DNA of 64,000 nt from Malacoraja senta (Eukaryota), in NCBI GenBank assembly GCA_038087875.1, contig CM075995.1:8806001-8870000 (forward strand). The letters are read 5' to 3'. Positions 63,505 through 64,000 of the stretch are shown one piece after another. The notes below the pieces were generated by a model. The model was not told where the DNA came from, did no database searches, and saw nothing but the letters and a program-made list of their open reading frames with translations. A program made the translations under genes and the position numbers. The stretch's first letter is position 1, and every line of letters begins with the position of its first letter.

Positions 63505-64000
63505 CAAGGAAGTGCAGATTCAGCTTTATACCAAAGACAGAGTGCTGGAGTAACTCAGCGGGTCAGGCAGCATCTGTGGAGAACATGGATAGGTGACATT
63601 TCACAGAGTGCTGGAGTAACTCAGAGGGTCAGGCAGCATCTGTGGAGAACATGGATAGGTGACGTTTCACAGAGTGCTGGAGTAACTCAGGGGGTCAGGC
63701 AGCATCTGTGGAGAACATGGATAGGTGACGTTTCACAGAGTGCTGGAGTAACTCAGGAGGTCAGGCAGCTTCTCTGGAGAAAGTGGATGGATGACATTTC
63801 GCGTCGGGACAGTCTTCAGTCTGAAGCATCTTCATTTTTCAGTCTGAAGAAGGGTCCCGAACAGAAACGTCACCTATCCATGTTCTCCACAGATGCTGCC
63901 TGACCCGCTGAGTTACTCCAGCACTCTGTGAAACGTCACCTATCCATGTTCTCCACAGATGCTGCCTGACCCGCTGAGTTACTCCAGCACTCTGTGAAAC
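63505..64000. repeat. Head-to-head 66-bp PLE arrays (4 antisense units, then head at 63844 and at least 2 sense units; truncated by the window end)
   Basis: Direct reading. Confidence 0.9.

Overview
Vertebrate genomic DNA, most likely a cartilaginous fish (skate/ray; inferred from the V-SINE/CR1/Penelope repeat complement). Three genes lie in tandem on the + strand in the conserved vertebrate order. They are the last coding exon of the ER-phagy receptor RETREG1/FAM134B (2578-3098), a complete ZNF622 (six main coding exons, 23801-39219, 470 aa, plus a probable upstream in-frame micro-exon at 20599-20614 in a CpG-island promoter) and a complete MARCHF11 (four exons, 43954-63163, 360 aa). All exons were joined by hand with GT-AG boundaries and consistent phases. 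Introns and intergenic DNA are saturated with tRNA-derived V-SINEs, CR1, L2, Rex1/Babar and Penelope-like (PLE) fragments, small DNA-transposon MITEs and simple repeats. Most ORFs in the supplied track are repeat or low-complexity artefacts. The most striking non-coding signal is a dispersed PLE terminal repeat carrying a minimal hammerhead-ribozyme core (CTGAAGA-A-stem II-GAAACGTC). It is often followed by 66-bp tandem units that each repeat only the cleavage-site half, and it frequently ends just upstream of splice acceptors. Family assignments rest on recognition of motifs and recalled sequences, not database searches. Repeat boundaries are approximate.
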